A stretch of 50,131 bases of DNA from an uncultured bacterium (GTDB taxonomy: Bacteria; Cyanobacteriota; Cyanobacteriia; Cyanobacteriales; Xenococcaceae): NCBI GenBank assembly GCA_964606015.1, contig CAZSEZ010000001.1:1-50131 (forward strand). Reading direction: 5' to 3'. The translations under genes were made by a program, and so were the position numbers. The notes beneath the pieces were generated by a model, which was not told the origin of the DNA, did no database searches, and was given only the letters and a program-made list of their open reading frames with translations. Below are positions 19,729 to 28,767 of this stretch, one piece after another. How positions within the stretch are numbered: position 1 is the first letter of the stretch; each line of letters starts with the position of its first letter.

Positions 19729-20787
19729 ATGAATATTTTAGTAATTTCCAATCCTAATCTTTATCCTGATTTGAGCTACGATATCCCTAATTTTTACCTA
19801 AGACTGGCACAAAATAAAGAAATAAATTTATTCCACTTGGATTCTGAACAAGTCAGGTTAAAAGATCGCAAATCCGAACATGTCTTAGCAACAGAAATAC
19901 CACGATATTTTACCTTTCAAGATTTCCGAGAACTACCAAGACAACCGTTAAAACTACTTTCTTTACGACAGTTTGATTTAGTTTTTTGTCGTACCCTTAA
20001 GCCATTTCCAACTGGCTATCTAACTCGCTTAAGTTTTTGGGAAAATTTTACTAAGTTTGTTAATAGTCCTAGCCACAAGCAAGAACAAATTACTGCCGAT
20101 TTTTTGCTCAAAGTGGCAAAGCAGTGGATTCCTGAAGCCATCGTTACCGATGAACCAAAAGAAGCTTACGAGTTTTTGCAGAGACACCAAACTATCGTTT
20201 CTAAGCAGGTTAACAGTTGTGGTGGACGTGGCGTTTTTAAGATCTGGCAGGAGCAGAACTTATTTAAAGTTGATAATTTCCAAACAGGGTCACAGACTTT
20301 TAAGCACTTTTCAAAAGCACTAAATCACGCAAAGGGTTCTACTAATGAGCCATTACAGTTAGTACGTTATCTATCTCAAGTCAACCAAGGGGATAAACGA
20401 GTTGTTGTAGTTGATGGAGAAATTTACGGTGCTTATCTTCGCCGTTCTCAAACTGGTCATTGGGTGAATAACGTCAGTGGTGATGGGCAATGTATCCTAG
20501 CTGAAGTTGGCGATCACGAAAGAGAAGCGATCGCTGATACAGTAAAGGCTTACCAAAAGCTAGGTTTGCACACACTTGGCTACGATTTTTTACAAGATGA
20601 TGATGATAGGTGGTGTATCTCAGAGATTAATGCGGGCAATATTGGGGGCTTTTTTCGCTTACAACAGTTAACCCATACTCCAGTGATGGATCGTTTGATC
20701 GATTGGCTCATTTCTTATGCAAAGTCTGACCTCAGTGTCGATCATGGTTACAGTGAAACCACTTTGCATTCAACTAAAATCGCCTAG
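19729..20787 (+). CDS. ATP-grasp ligase, glutathione synthetase (GshB)-like paralog
   Basis: FDLVFCR, VNSP, KQVNSCGGRGVFKI, YL..V.QGDKRVVVVDGE, GYDFL, SEINAG line up with GshB motifs. Confidence 0.85.
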   Translation: MNILVISNPNLYPDLSYDIPNFYLRLAQNKEINLFHLDSEQVRLKDRKSEHVLATEIPRYFTFQDFRELPRQPLKLLSLRQFDLVFCRTLKPFPTGYLTRLSFWENFTKFVNSPSHKQEQITADFLLKVAKQWIPEAIVTDEPKEAYEFLQRHQTIVSKQVNSCGGRGVFKIWQEQNLFKVDNFQTGSQTFKHFSKALNHAKGSTNEPLQLVRYLSQVNQGDKRVVVVDGEIYGAYLRRSQTGHWVNNVSGDGQCILAEVGDHEREAIADTVKAYQKLGLHTLGYDFLQDDDDRWCISEINAGNIGGFFRLQQLTHTPVMDRLIDWLISYAKSDLSVDHGYSETTLHSTKIA

Positions 20788-20930
20788 GCATGAGGTCTAA
20801 AGAATTAACAATAATTGTGAATCATGCCTATAGAAATAGGAATATTTCGGAATATTTCTAACAAACCACTTTTGTAGCCCACTCAAATAATAGATCCTGA
20901 TGGTTGTTTGAGCTAAATGAGATCCTTGGA

Positions 20931-20944
20931 GTACCCATACCTAC
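20931..20944 (+). promoter_or_regulatory. Candidate NtcA binding site upstream of gdmH
   Basis: GTA-cccatacc-TAC (GTA-N8-TAC) 82 nt before the ATG; nearest TAN3T spacing is not canonical. Confidence 0.45.
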
Positions 20945-21025
20945 TGGTAAAAACAGATAGAGTAGCTTATCTGCTCTGTTCTTCAAGCATTTTCAGCACT
21001 TGGCAATAATCAATCGGGACGCAAC

Positions 21026-22204
21026 ATGAGTGAATCAACCTTCCAACCTCCCAATGGAGAATCAAGCGAAGCCCAGAGAGCAGTCGAGAAAGAAAGTCGG
21101 TTACCACTAACAGGCTGGCAACAAGAAGTAGATCGAGGTTTGGAATTTGGCCTAGAAGCAGCAACTAGCATTAAAGATCGGCGAATTTCTACTTTCTCTA
21201 GAGGTGAACTACCCCACTATGCAGGGATCAATACTTTCCTTAAGGCACCTTTTTTAGAAGATGTACGCGAGGTGGGTAACTACGATGTGGCAATTATGGG
21301 AGTTCCTCATGATTGCGGTACTACTTATCGTCCAGGAACCCGCTTTGGCCCTCAAGGTATCCGCAGAATTTCCGCTCTTTATACTCCCTATAATTTTGAG
21401 ATGGGGGTAGACCTCAGAGAACAAATCACACTGTGTGATGTCGGTGATGTTTTCACAATACCAGCTAATAACGAAAAGTCTTTTGACCAAATATCCAAAG
21501 GCGTAGCCCATGTGTTTAGTTCTGGGGCTTTTCCCATAATCTTAGGTGGTGACCATTCTATTGGTTTCCCCACAGTTAGAGGTGTCTGCCGCCATTTAGG
21601 GGACAAAAAAGTCGGGATTATTCACTTTGATCGTCATGTAGACACACAAGAGACTGACCTCGACGAAAGGATGCATACTTGTCCTTGGTTTCATGCCACA
21701 AACATGAAAAATGCTCCAGCGAAAAACCTAGTTCAGCTAGGGATTGGCGGATGGCAAGTTCCCAGGGAAGGAGTCAAGGTCTGTCGGGAAAGAGCCACCA
21801 ACATTTTGACTGTTACTGACATCACCGAAATGGGCTTGGATGCTGCTGCTGATTTTGCGATCGCAAAGGCTACTGATGGGACTGATTGTGTCTATATCAG
21901 TTTTGATATCGATTGTATCGATGCAGGTTTTGTTCCTGGTACTGGCTGGCCAGAGCCTGGCGGATTGTTACCCCGCGAAGCACTTTATCTCCTGGGTAAG
22001 ATTATTCGCAATACTACTGTCTGTGGTTTAGAAATAGTTGAAGTTTCTCCTCCTTACGACATTAGCGATATTACTTCCTTGATGGCGACTCGTGTCATCT
22101 GCGATACCATGGCTCATTTAGTAGTGTCGGGGCAATTACCTCGTAACACCAAACCAGATTTCATTCAAGAAACCGCTCAAGTCGTTGACGAACCCTGGCA
22201 ATAA
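21026..22204 (+). CDS. gdmH: Ni-dependent guanidine hydrolase (agmatinase/ureohydrolase family, Sll1077-like)
   Basis: GGDHS, DRHVD, SFDIDCID, PGTGWPEPGG; N-terminal LPLTGWQQEVD extension as I recall for Synechocystis Sll1077; followed by hypA/hypB and ABC importer. Confidence 0.92.
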   Translation: MSESTFQPPNGESSEAQRAVEKESRLPLTGWQQEVDRGLEFGLEAATSIKDRRISTFSRGELPHYAGINTFLKAPFLEDVREVGNYDVAIMGVPHDCGTTYRPGTRFGPQGIRRISALYTPYNFEMGVDLREQITLCDVGDVFTIPANNEKSFDQISKGVAHVFSSGAFPIILGGDHSIGFPTVRGVCRHLGDKKVGIIHFDRHVDTQETDLDERMHTCPWFHATNMKNAPAKNLVQLGIGGWQVPREGVKVCRERATNILTVTDITEMGLDAAADFAIAKATDGTDCVYISFDIDCIDAGFVPGTGWPEPGGLLPREALYLLGKIIRNTTVCGLEIVEVSPPYDISDITSLMATRVICDTMAHLVVSGQLPRNTKPDFIQETAQVVDEPWQ

Positions 22205-22216
22205 AGAGAATGGGCA

Positions 22217-22840
22217 ATGTACAGACTTTACGACTTTTTGCCTTCAGGTAATGGCTATAAAGTGCGCTTACTTTTGACACAGCTCGCAATTCCTTTTGTG
22301 CTGGTGGAACTTGATATTTTACGAGAGGAAACCAGAACAGAGGATTTTTTAGCTAAAAATCCCAATGGCAAAATCCCCGTCTTAGAGACTGCGCCCAATA
22401 AATTTATTGCTGAGTCCAACGCAATTTTGTACTATCTCAGCCAAGATACGCCCTATTTTTCTCAAGATAGAGAAGAACAAACCCAGATATTGCAATGGTT
22501 ATTTTTCGAGCAATACAGCCATGAACCTAATATTGCGACACCGAGATTCTGGATTACTGAGCTAAAACAAGCTGATAAATTCCACCAAGAAATCGTACAA
22601 AAACGCAAGTTGGGTTACGCTGCTCTGAATCTGATGGAACAGCATCTCCAAACTAATACCTTTTTGGTTGCTCAACGCTACACCATTGCAGATATTGCTC
22701 TTTATGCCTATACCCACGTAGCTCCAGAAGGAGGATTTGATTTGTCTCTCTTTCCCAAAATCCAAGAGTGGCTTAAGAGGGTCGAATCACAACCTAATTA
22801 CATCACTATCAACAACAAGTGCGATCGCCACAATCAATAG
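22217..22840 (+). CDS. Glutathione S-transferase family protein
   Basis: SGNGYKVRL, NPNGKIPVL, ESNAILYYL, TIADIALYAY. Confidence 0.92.
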   Translation: MYRLYDFLPSGNGYKVRLLLTQLAIPFVLVELDILREETRTEDFLAKNPNGKIPVLETAPNKFIAESNAILYYLSQDTPYFSQDREEQTQILQWLFFEQYSHEPNIATPRFWITELKQADKFHQEIVQKRKLGYAALNLMEQHLQTNTFLVAQRYTIADIALYAYTHVAPEGGFDLSLFPKIQEWLKRVESQPNYITINNKCDRHNQ

Positions 22841-22886
22841 TTTAATCAACAAGCAGTCATTCTCGCTCTCTACAACAAGCTTAAAA

Positions 22887-23267
22887 ATGCATGAAACAGA
22901 CATGACCAAAGCTCTGATCTTAACAATTAGAGATTGGTATGAATCCCAGCAAGAAAAACTCAAGATCGAAAAAATCCATTTAGTTGTCGGTCGTTTTACC
23001 TGTGTCGAACCGGCAAGTCTTAAGTTCGCTTTTACGGCTCAAACTAACAATACTTTTTTGGCAGATGTCGAGCTAGTAATTAAAGAAATCCCCTTAATTG
23101 CTTTTTGTCACGGTTGCCAACAGGAGTATCAGCCTGAGATAGGTCTGCAATATAGCTGCCCTGAGTGCAATTCGCCAATGGAAGATATTCGCTCTGGCAG
23201 AGAACTCAAAATTGACCATATTGAGTACACCACGATTCCCGAAAAACAACTAGCTATCAACAGTTAA
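22887..23267 (+). CDS. hypA: HypA-type nickel metallochaperone (GdmH accessory)
   Basis: Begins MHE at ATG 22887 (ORF track over-extends to 22737); CHGC and CPEC Zn motifs; GRELKI. Confidence 0.93.
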   Translation: MHETDMTKALILTIRDWYESQQEKLKIEKIHLVVGRFTCVEPASLKFAFTAQTNNTFLADVELVIKEIPLIAFCHGCQQEYQPEIGLQYSCPECNSPMEDIRSGRELKIDHIEYTTIPEKQLAINS

Positions 23268-23286
23268 CAATCAATCATTAACAAAA

Positions 23287-23985
23287 ATGCACCAAACCTT
23301 AAATGCAGCTTTGGCACTAAATCTGCTCCATGCTAATCAAGAAGGAGCTAATCACAATCGCCAACACTTCGATCATTGGGGAATTACTTGTCTCAACTTA
23401 ATGAGTAGTCCTGGGGCAGGTAAAACTGTTCTCTTGGAAAAGACTTTAGCAAAGCTGCAAGATCGCTTTCAGATTGCAGTAATCGAAGGAGACATGACCA
23501 CTGAGCTAGATGCTGATCGCTTACGTCAATACAACGTCCCCGTAATCCCCATCAATACAGGTCGCTCTTGCCACCTAGACTCAAAAATGGTTGCTGGTGG
23601 CATTCATACTTTAGCCCAGCACTACAATCCCCAAGAAATTGATCTAGTTCTAGTGGAGAATGTAGGTAACTTAGTTTGTCCTGCGGAATTTGAGGTGGGA
23701 GAACACGCCAAAGTGGCATTACTCAGCGTCACTGAAGGGGAAGATAAGCCCCTTAAATATCCCGTAATGTTCCAAGAGGCTGACTGTTTGCTAATTACCA
23801 AAATTGATCTAGCCCCCTATCTGGAAATAGATCTAGAACGCATCATGGCAAATGTCAGACAAATGAATCCCTCAGTAAAAATGATTCCTCTATCGGCAAA
23901 AACTGAGGTAGGGCTGGATCTTTGGCTTGCCTGGCTAGAAGACCAGTTAACAGTCAAGAAAAATTTGGTAACAAATGTCAAATAG
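23287..23985 (+). CDS. hypB: HypB-type nickel-insertion GTPase (GdmH accessory)
   Basis: [41 protein letters not shown]. Confidence 0.95.
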   Translation: MHQTLNAALALNLLHANQEGANHNRQHFDHWGITCLNLMSSPGAGKTVLLEKTLAKLQDRFQIAVIEGDMTTELDADRLRQYNVPVIPINTGRSCHLDSKMVAGGIHTLAQHYNPQEIDLVLVENVGNLVCPAEFEVGEHAKVALLSVTEGEDKPLKYPVMFQEADCLLITKIDLAPYLEIDLERIMANVRQMNPSVKMIPLSAKTEVGLDLWLAWLEDQLTVKKNLVTNVK

Positions 23986-24014
23986 TTAGCAGCGAACAGA
24001 CCATTATTACTTAA

Positions 24015-24050
24015 GTAATGTTTGATACTAAAAATAGTAACTGGCATTAC
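24015..24050 (+). promoter_or_regulatory. Two tandem NtcA-type boxes upstream of the ABC substrate-binding gene
   Basis: GTA-atgtttga-TAC (24015-24028) and GTA-actggcat-TAC (24037-24050). Confidence 0.65.
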
Positions 24051-24097
24051 TTTAAGTCCTAAACAAATCTCAAACTACTCTTTCATTAGTGATACAT

Positions 24098-25144
24098 ATG
24101 AAAAGAAGGAAAATCTTATCTTTACTCTCCGTTTTTTGCTTGAGTCTGGTTCTGACTATTAGTTGTTCTCAGGCTCCGCAACCTGACAGCTCTTCAACAC
24201 CAGCCGACACTACAGCAACTGCAGATAAACCCAAAATTGTCCTTGGTTATAGTAACTGGGCCGGTTGGTGGCCTTGGGCGATCGCAGAGCAAGAAGGTTT
24301 ATTTGCTAAAAATGGCGCTAATGTTGAAATGAAATGGTTTGACGGTTATTTAGCTTCTATGGAAGCTTTTGCAGCAGGACAACTAGATGGTAACTGTCAG
24401 ACACTCAACGACACTATTTCTTTTGCAGGTAGCGCGGTTAATGGTGAAGTTGCAGTAGTAGTTAACGATAACTCCGCGGGTAATGACAAAATAATCGTCA
24501 CCGAAGATATCAATACTATCGAAGACCTCAAAGGCAAAAAGGTCGCTGTAGAAGAAGGTGTAGTAGATGACTTTTTACTTACGCTAGCCCTCGAAGAGGC
24601 TGGCATGTCTCGTAGTGATGTAGAAATTGTCAACTTAGAAACAGGGGCTGCTGCTGCGGCTTTCGCTTCTGGACAAACTGATGCAGTTGGAGCATTCCCT
24701 CCTTTCTGGCTAACTGCTCTCAAACGAGAAGGTAGTAAAGAACTAATTACTTCCAAAGAGTTTCCTGGGGCGATTCCTGATCTTTTAGCAGTCAGTCAAA
24801 AACTAATCGACGAACAGCCAGATCAAGTCCAAGCTATAGTCAATACCTGGTTTGATACTTTAGATTTCATGGCAAAAAACCCCGCCAAAGCTGATGAAAT
24901 CATGGCAGAAAGAGCGAGTGTATCCGTCGACGAGTTACAACTACTCAAGGAAGGTACGCAGATGTTTACTCTTGAAGACAATCTTGAAGCTTTTAGCGAT
25001 GGAGATAGCATGAAGCATATGCCTTTTGCCGCTAAAAGAATGAGTAAATTTATGTTGGATGTGGGCTTTATCGAGTCAGAGCCTGATTTAACTAAAATCT
25101 TTGACGATACTTTTGTTCAAGCTTATGCCGAAGCAAATTCTTAA
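24098..25144 (+). CDS. ABC transporter substrate-binding lipoprotein, guanidine importer type (Sll1080/GimA-like)
   Basis: MKRRK signal with TISC lipobox; WAGWWPW, NDNSAGND, DLKGKKVAVE; SsuA/TauA-type; context with gdmH. Confidence 0.88.
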   Translation: MKRRKILSLLSVFCLSLVLTISCSQAPQPDSSSTPADTTATADKPKIVLGYSNWAGWWPWAIAEQEGLFAKNGANVEMKWFDGYLASMEAFAAGQLDGNCQTLNDTISFAGSAVNGEVAVVVNDNSAGNDKIIVTEDINTIEDLKGKKVAVEEGVVDDFLLTLALEEAGMSRSDVEIVNLETGAAAAAFASGQTDAVGAFPPFWLTALKREGSKELITSKEFPGAIPDLLAVSQKLIDEQPDQVQAIVNTWFDTLDFMAKNPAKADEIMAERASVSVDELQLLKEGTQMFTLEDNLEAFSDGDSMKHMPFAAKRMSKFMLDVGFIESEPDLTKIFDDTFVQAYAEANS

Positions 25145-25168
25145 ACAATAGTTGTTGGCTAGCTTTTT

Positions 25169-25200
25169 CTAGGGTGGGTGAAATACTCGCCCTAGTATTT
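25169..25200 (+). terminator. Intra-operon stem-loop (partial terminator or mRNA stabiliser)
   Basis: CTAGGGTGGGT-gaaat-ACTCGCCCTAG followed by a T-rich tract, between binding-protein and permease genes. Confidence 0.6.
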
Positions 25201-25231
25201 TATTAATTCTTATTTGGTACATATCGCTCTA

Positions 25232-26074
25232 ATGAAAACAAAGCGATCCCCTAAACCTCCAGCAAAAAAGAAAATCTCAGGAATAGAACCAACAGTTTTT
25301 TGGCGAATTGCGGAAGACATTCCCCAGGTTTTAGCTTGGCTGATGATGTTCTTGTCGATTTTTATTCCTCTAATTCTCTGGTTTTTATTCGCCAGCTATT
25401 CAGGGATTGATTCAACCTTCTTGCCTTCTCCTAGAGACGTTATCAATGCATTGGGAAGGCTATGGGATAAAGGGTTTTTAGTCCAAGATACAGTTGCTAG
25501 TTTTACGCGGGTTAGTCTGGGCTTTTTACTTTCAGTGATCGTAGCAATTCCCTTAGGGATTTTGATGGGTTCTTTTGCAAGTGTTAGAGCTTTGCTTGAA
25601 CCTATAGTGGGAATCCTACGCTACATGCCAGCCCCCGCTTTTATTCCGTTGTTGATTATCTACCTTGGCATTGACGAAGCGCCCAAGATTGCCTTGATTT
25701 TCATCGGGACTTTATTTTTTAATCTCTTGATGATTATGGATGCAGTCAAGTTTATCCCTAAAGATTTGATTGAGACTACTTATACTTTGGGCGGATCGCG
25801 ATCGCAAGTATTAACTCAAGTCATCATGCCCTATATCATTCCGAATATTCTTGATGCTTTTCGGATCAATATGGCTGCATCTTGGAACCTGGTGGTAGTG
25901 GCAGAATTATTGGCTGCCTCCGAGGGCTTAGGTAAGCGAATTTTGTTGGCTCAAAAATTCTTAAAAACTGATGAAATCTTTGCCTGTTTGATCGTTCTGG
26001 GTTTGATTGGTTTTGCGCTGGATTTATTTTTTAGGTTACTCCTGAAATTCACCTGCAAATGGGCTATTGAATAA
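25232..26074 (+). CDS. ABC transporter permease (SsuC/TauC type)
   Basis: LPSP..V, RYMPAPAF, EAA-like ETTYTLGGS, VVVAELLA..EGLG. Confidence 0.92.
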   Translation: MKTKRSPKPPAKKKISGIEPTVFWRIAEDIPQVLAWLMMFLSIFIPLILWFLFASYSGIDSTFLPSPRDVINALGRLWDKGFLVQDTVASFTRVSLGFLLSVIVAIPLGILMGSFASVRALLEPIVGILRYMPAPAFIPLLIIYLGIDEAPKIALIFIGTLFFNLLMIMDAVKFIPKDLIETTYTLGGSRSQVLTQVIMPYIIPNILDAFRINMAASWNLVVVAELLAASEGLGKRILLAQKFLKTDEIFACLIVLGLIGFALDLFFRLLLKFTCKWAIE

Positions 26075-26180
26075 AAACAGAGAGTGAAGCATACAAAAAG
26101 AAACACAAAAAAGCAAAATTAATGCTTGATCAATTCTAGCTTAAGGTTGATTTGATTATGCAAAGTTGAAGGACAAACTT

Positions 26181-26534
26181 ATGAACAATAGTTTATTACT
26201 TAAGATTATTGTTATTAGCGTTATTATTACCAGCTTGCACTATACAGATAATGCTTTATTCATCGATCAATATCCCGAGCCAGAATGGATCAAAACTTAT
26301 GGAGTTTTTCTTACTTGGGGAATCATGAGCGCGATTGCTTTTATTGCCTATTTTCTTTACGCACGAAAACAATATTGGGGTAGTTACCTTCTGCTTACTG
26401 TTTATTCGATTACGGGCTTGTCCAGTCCTATTCACTACTTGTATGGAAAGATATCTGACTTTTCTCCCAAAATGCATCTCCTGATTTGGACTGATTTTAT
26501 AGCTGGATCACTAATAGTTATCTTTATTATTTGA
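26181..26534 (+). CDS. Hypothetical 4-TM membrane protein
   Basis: AAGGA upstream of ATG 26181; four hydrophobic segments; HYTDN..YPEP and HYLYG motifs. Confidence 0.7.
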   Translation: MNNSLLLKIIVISVIITSLHYTDNALFIDQYPEPEWIKTYGVFLTWGIMSAIAFIAYFLYARKQYWGSYLLLTVYSITGLSSPIHYLYGKISDFSPKMHLLIWTDFIAGSLIVIFII

Positions 26535-26600
26535 TCCTCAGTCGTTGCTTGCGAGTGGAATAAAATCGAAACCAATACAAACATTAAGTAATCAAAATAA

Positions 26601-27359
26601 ATGCATCTAGAAATACTTAATTTATACAAAGAGTTCAAAACAGACAAAGGAACTGTCTTGGCTCTCAAAGATATTAATCTACACGTAGAAACTGGGGAAT
26701 TTGTCTGTGTTGTTGGAGCTTCTGGTTCGGGAAAATCAACTTTATTACGTTTGGTCGCAGGATTAGAAACTCCAACCTCAGGTGAAGTAACTGTTGATAA
26801 CGCGATAGTAGCAGGGCCAGGAGCAGATCGCGGAATGGTATTCCAGAAATATACGCTTTACCCTTGGCTAAATGTCCAAAAAAACGTCGAATTTGGCTTA
26901 AAGCTTCTAGGTTCTAGCAAAAAATCCCAAAGAGAAGAGGCATCCTATTATCTCAATATTGTTGGTTTGTCGGAATTCGCGAAGTCTTATCCCAAAGAAC
27001 TTTCAGGGGGAATGAAACAGCGAGTTGCGATCGCACGTGCCCTAGCAACTAATCCTAAAATTCTCTTGATGGATGAACCTTTTGGTGCACTAGATATTCA
27101 AACCAAAGAGAATATGCAACAGTTTCTATTAGAAATTTGGCGCAAAACTGGCTGTACTATCTTGATGATCACCCACGATGTGCAGGAGGCTGTCTTTTTG
27201 GCCCAAAGAGTATATGTTTTTTCAGCTCGGCCAGGAACGGTAACGGCAGAAATTGCCATTGATTTACCTCGTGAACGTGACTACCAAGTCAAACGTCAAG
27301 CCACTTTCCATAAACAAGCAGACAATATTATCGATCTTCTTAGAAGTGTTTCTGCCTAG
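26601..27359 (+). CDS. ABC transporter ATP-binding protein (TauB/SsuB type)
   Basis: GASGSGKS, LSGGMKQR, LMDEPFGALD, ITHD. Confidence 0.95.
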   Translation: MHLEILNLYKEFKTDKGTVLALKDINLHVETGEFVCVVGASGSGKSTLLRLVAGLETPTSGEVTVDNAIVAGPGADRGMVFQKYTLYPWLNVQKNVEFGLKLLGSSKKSQREEASYYLNIVGLSEFAKSYPKELSGGMKQRVAIARALATNPKILLMDEPFGALDIQTKENMQQFLLEIWRKTGCTILMITHDVQEAVFLAQRVYVFSARPGTVTAEIAIDLPRERDYQVKRQATFHKQADNIIDLLRSVSA

Positions 27360-28618
27360 AGGTTGAGTTTTGAGTCTGACATTCGTAATCTAGAGTTGGA
27401 TGCGATCGCAGCTAAGAGAATCCAGCTAATAGTATTAACCCTCAGATCGAAAATCGTGACATCAAATAAATTAAAGCCGATACAACTAGTAAAAGCAGTC
27501 AGATAGGTGAAAATAATTATTCTTTCTGACTCTTGAAAAGTTTTACGAGCAGTACAAAAACAGTGATTTATCGTTTGAGCTAACAGATATCCAATCAGTA
27601 AACAGAAAAATACGGTTGCAACTATCCCAATTTCCAGACCCAACATCAAAAATAAATTGTGAGGATGTCCAAACCAATAACCACTGTGTTCCAAATATAA
27701 AGGAGTGTAGTTGCGTAAACCGTAACCAGATAGCGGTTGTTCTCGAATCTTTGACCAAACAAATTGCCACTGGGTAATCCGAAGAGTTTCTATCGGGCGA
27801 TCGCTGAAATTACGGTCGGAAAGTCTGCTCCAAATATATTCAGGAACGATTTGTCTAAGATATCCTTGACCTTGAAAATCACCAAAAGAAGCCCCCAAAA
27901 CCAGAGCCACAGTTGCACTGAAAAGAGACACCAACCAGTACCAACCCCGATAAAGTGCAAACCCAAAACAAGCTAAACCAGCAATCAACCAAGAATTACG
28001 GGAATTGGTTAACAATAAACCGAGACTACTAAAAACCAAGCTCAAAGCTAAAACCAATAAAATAAGGCGATCGCACTTAGCCTGACCCCAGTAATAGAGC
28101 CACAATCCCAAACTAAAAATAAACGTAAATATTAAATAAATCGCCAGGAAATTGGCATAGATAAACACTCCAGACATTCTGCCTTCAGGTATTCCCCCAG
28201 CCACCAACTCCCAACCCAGAATCTGACTCAACCATATGGGACTTTGCCAGCCTAAATAAAGTTGTCCCAAACCCAAAATTACAATCAGTATCGCAGGAAT
28301 AACCAATAGCCAAGCAAGTCTAATTAACTTCTCAACCGAATTGATTACTAAGCTCAAGGCAATAAACAAAGCAAAAAAAGGCAAAAAGTTTGCCAACCCC
28401 AACCAAGCCTCAGTTGGTTTATGTGCGATCGCAGAGCTAACAACCAGCCACCCAGCCAAAGCCAACCAACCATAGTTAAGCCAATTACTAATTATTTGCT
28501 GCCAATTATTGCGCCATACAGCAAACATTACAATCACTAAACCCAACTCTCCCAAAGCAGGAAAAACAGGCAACAACAGAATACTAATTTGGCAAACTTG
28601 CCATAACCACTTTTTCAT
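27356..28618 (-). CDS. O-antigen ligase family membrane protein
   Basis: Multi-TM; GRMSGVF..ANFLA, TNSRNSW, R...W, GYG, HPHNLFL. Confidence 0.85.
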   Translation of the reverse strand: MKKWLWQVCQISILLLPVFPALGELGLVIVMFAVWRNNWQQIISNWLNYGWLALAGWLVVSSAIAHKPTEAWLGLANFLPFFALFIALSLVINSVEKLIRLAWLLVIPAILIVILGLGQLYLGWQSPIWLSQILGWELVAGGIPEGRMSGVFIYANFLAIYLIFTFIFSLGLWLYYWGQAKCDRLILLVLALSLVFSSLGLLLTNSRNSWLIAGLACFGFALYRGWYWLVSLFSATVALVLGASFGDFQGQGYLRQIVPEYIWSRLSDRNFSDRPIETLRITQWQFVWSKIREQPLSGYGLRNYTPLYLEHSGYWFGHPHNLFLMLGLEIGIVATVFFCLLIGYLLAQTINHCFCTARKTFQESERIIIFTYLTAFTSCIGFNLFDVTIFDLRVNTISWILLAAIASNSRLRMSDSKLNL

Positions 28619-28767
28619 TGATTCACAAGGCAAAATTCTCAGTAACAACTAAGATTTTTAACACCCTCATAATTTATTGAATTATGAGCTAGTCGAGCTA
28701 TCTAAAAAACCACATAAACTTAGAACAGTTATTGCCATCTCTAAAATCTGTTCTCAGCCTCCACTTA

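Noticed and set aside
21026-22204. Annotation as agmatinase speB or arginase
   Set aside because: The N-terminal extension, PGTGWPEPGG and the gene context match guanidine hydrolase
22737-22886. 50-aa N-terminal extension of HypA in the ORF track
   Set aside because: It overlaps the GST gene, and HypA needs an N-terminal MHE, which begins at 22887
22887-23985. hypA/hypB as evidence of a hydrogenase cluster
   Set aside because: No hydrogenase or other hyp genes are present; context matches GdmH nickel loading
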